Below are positions 16,798 through 18,509 of a stretch of 18,509 nucleotides of DNA, in pieces. The translations under genes were made by a program, and so were the position numbers. The notes beneath the pieces were generated by a model, which saw only the letters and a program-made list of their open reading frames with translations, did no database searches and was not told the DNA's origin. This DNA is from an uncultured Candidatus Bathyarchaeia archaeon. Its GTDB lineage: Archaea > Thermoproteota > Bathyarchaeia > Bathyarchaeales > Bathycorpusculaceae. The stretch spans positions 1-18,509 of the forward strand of contig CAYVGZ010000025.1 in NCBI GenBank assembly GCA_964450845.1, read 5' to 3'. Within the stretch, counting starts at the first letter, position 1. Each line of letters opens with the position of its first letter.

Positions 16798-17106
16798 GTG
16801 GCTGTCTTGAAGAACGTAGCTGCTTGTGGCATTTGTTGTGATGTTTGTGGGCTTCATGAGAAGTTAGGCTGTGTTTGCAGTTCTGGAGTTGAGGAGATTG
16901 CGAAGAAGAAGGTCGAAACACGTTGGGGTGGCAAAGGCGTTCTATGTTTGGTCTTGGATTGTGCCGTAAAACGTGGAGTTGCATATTGCATGAGAGACTG
17001 TGAAGAATTTCCATGCGACAAATATTTTGAATGGTGCTTCCCGTACGGAAAAGACTATCTAGAAATGCACAAAAGCCGAGCGAAAAATAAGAAAAACAAG
17101 AAATAA
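16798..17106 (+). CDS. Cys-rich DUF3795-like protein (putative Zn or Fe-S binding)
   Basis: AACGICCDVC...CLVLDCAVKRGVAYCMRDCEEFPCDKY; 12 Cys in 102 aa. GTG start 2 nt after the hutU stop. Confidence 0.8.
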   Translation: MAVLKNVAACGICCDVCGLHEKLGCVCSSGVEEIAKKKVETRWGGKGVLCLVLDCAVKRGVAYCMRDCEEFPCDKYFEWCFPYGKDYLEMHKSRAKNKKNKK

Positions 17107-17277
17107 TTATTTTAAAAGCCTTAGAAAACCATTGTACAGACCAAAAGTTCAACCTATATATAAGGGGGCTAGAGCCTCTTAACACACCAGAGGAATCAAT
17201 TGCTAAAATCTTCCAGCGAAAATCTCGTTTCAGATGGGTTGGAATGTATAGAACATATGAAAATACACCCTGATTTT

Positions 17278-18345
17278 CTAGTGGCTACTTGCCTTGACAA
17301 TATTGTATCCAGAAGCTTTACGCAGTCTATTCATAACAGCTAAACCGAGTCCTTCAGCAGGTACACCCTCGGCAATAATAACGTCAACACCTTCTAAATC
17401 GAATTCCCTCAAAAGCCTAAACAGATTCTTTGCAATGACCGCAAAATCGCTTCTGCTTCCAAGAGACTTCACAACACTAGCCTTATACTGCTCTACAGTT
17501 TCATCAGTAGCAAGAACACCAACTTTACTGCCTTTCAACATATAAAACTCCACTAACTCTTTCACCTTACCCACAACAGCCGACAATCCTCCCTCAACAA
17601 CAATCACATCCGCATTTGGAGCATAATGCTTATGCTTCATGCCAGGCGAACGCGCCTTCTCAACTGGCAAAGCCTCTTCCGCAACCGCAACAGGATTAAG
17701 CTCCACCTTACCGAGAACCCTCTTTAAAACTTCGTATGGTGTTCCGCCTGGACGCAGGACTTGTGGTGGATCAACGGTCATGTCTAAAACTGTGGATTCC
17801 ACTCCAATATGCGTTGGTCCAGCATCTAAAATGACGTCTATTCTCCCATTAAGGTCGTCTAAAACGTGCTTAGCCGATGTTGGGCTTGGTTTTCCAGCGA
17901 GGTTTGCGCTTGGAGCAGCGATGGAACAGTCGCTTTCTCTAATCAAAGCCAAGGCAACATTATGTCTAGGCATCCTAACCGCTATAGTGTCTAAACCAGC
18001 AACAGTCACATCTGGCACAATTTCCGAACGCTTAAAAATCAACGTCAAAGGTCCAGGCCAAAACTCTCTCATTAGTCTTTCAGCTTTAGGCGAAACTGTT
18101 TTGGCTAGTTTGTAAACGTTTTTTGCATTTCCAACATGTACTATTGGTGGATTATCAAGTGGTCGCTTTTTTGCCTCAAAAAGAGCCAAAACCGCCTTTG
18201 GGTTCAATGCGTCTGCTCCCAAGCCATAGACGGTTTCTGTTGGAAAAGCCACTAAACCGCCTTTCTTGATAAAGTCTGCTGCTATCCGAATCTTTTCTAC
18301 TTCTGGCTCTTGCGAATCAACTTTTAACAGCATTGTTCTCTTCAT
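17278..18345 (-). CDS. sua5: L-threonylcarbamoyl-AMP synthase Sua5 (YrdC domain plus SUA5 C-terminal domain)
   Basis: VAFPTETVYGLGA, KKRPLDNPPIVH, FWPGPLT, AVRMP, APSANLAGKPSPT, ESTVLD, LRPGG, Sua5 linker PGMKHKHYAP and AVMNRLRKAS. Confidence 0.97.
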   Translation of the reverse strand: MKRTMLLKVDSQEPEVEKIRIAADFIKKGGLVAFPTETVYGLGADALNPKAVLALFEAKKRPLDNPPIVHVGNAKNVYKLAKTVSPKAERLMREFWPGPLTLIFKRSEIVPDVTVAGLDTIAVRMPRHNVALALIRESDCSIAAPSANLAGKPSPTSAKHVLDDLNGRIDVILDAGPTHIGVESTVLDMTVDPPQVLRPGGTPYEVLKRVLGKVELNPVAVAEEALPVEKARSPGMKHKHYAPNADVIVVEGGLSAVVGKVKELVEFYMLKGSKVGVLATDETVEQYKASVVKSLGSRSDFAVIAKNLFRLLREFDLEGVDVIIAEGVPAEGLGLAVMNRLRKASGYNIVKASSH

Positions 18346-18509
18346 AAGTCACTGAATCCTTTGACCATCTGATTAGAATCAAACTTAGACATTTAAACCT
18401 CTTCAAAATAACAGACTAAAGAAAAACTGCAAGTTTGTCAAACAACATAGTAGTCTATGACTTTTTTCATGCTTTTTGGCGCAGCTTGCCTCATGGCAAG
18501 TTGTTTCAA

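Noticed and set aside
16787-17185. 132-aa minus-strand ORF overlapping the DUF3795-like gene
   Set aside because: Antisense to a well-formed Cys-motif protein; Ser/Gln/His-rich composition is typical of a shadow frame.
17107-17277. CCTATATATAAGG near-palindrome and possible small gene between the DUF3795-like gene and sua5
   Set aside because: Only very short ORFs without an SD and no convincing RNA structure; compatible with a convergent terminator region.
9679-18115. Remaining track ORFs antisense or out of frame to THUMP, cgi121, PRT, the surface protein, hut genes and sua5
   Set aside because: Shadow ORFs with no independent coding evidence.
1-18509. tRNA, rRNA, CRISPR array, IS element or intein
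   Set aside because: No cloverleaf, repeat-spacer array, transposase or terminal inverted repeats were seen, and infB, top6A/B and ABCE1 have normal lengths.

Overview
Archaeal chromosomal core region. Protein style and gene content suggest TACK, most likely Bathyarchaeia (inference; there is no rRNA in the window). It encodes a SAMP/MoaD ubiquitin-like protein, aIF5B (infB), a zinc-ribbon/DUF4342-like protein, topoisomerase VI B and A, cytidine deaminase, ABCE1/RLI, an isoaspartyl peptidase/asparaginase, a stand-alone THUMP protein, Cgi121, a purine phosphoribosyltransferase, a membrane-anchored surface protein, a histidine-utilisation cluster (glutamate formiminotransferase, hutI, hutU, plus a Cys-rich DUF3795-like protein) and Sua5. 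Two elements are missing from the ORF track. The first is a box C/D guide sRNA candidate at about 9561-9628, just upstream of the THUMP gene, whose two guides appear complementary to both strands of 16S rRNA helix 34. The second is a 20-aa Glu/Trp micro-ORF (MPEEEEWEEEEEEEWEEEEW, 8300-8362, minus strand) with a perfect Shine-Dalgarno site and its own promoter-like and terminator-like signals, directly upstream of ABCE1. No mobile elements, CRISPR arrays, tRNAs or rRNAs were seen. All family assignments come from motif recognition, not database searches.
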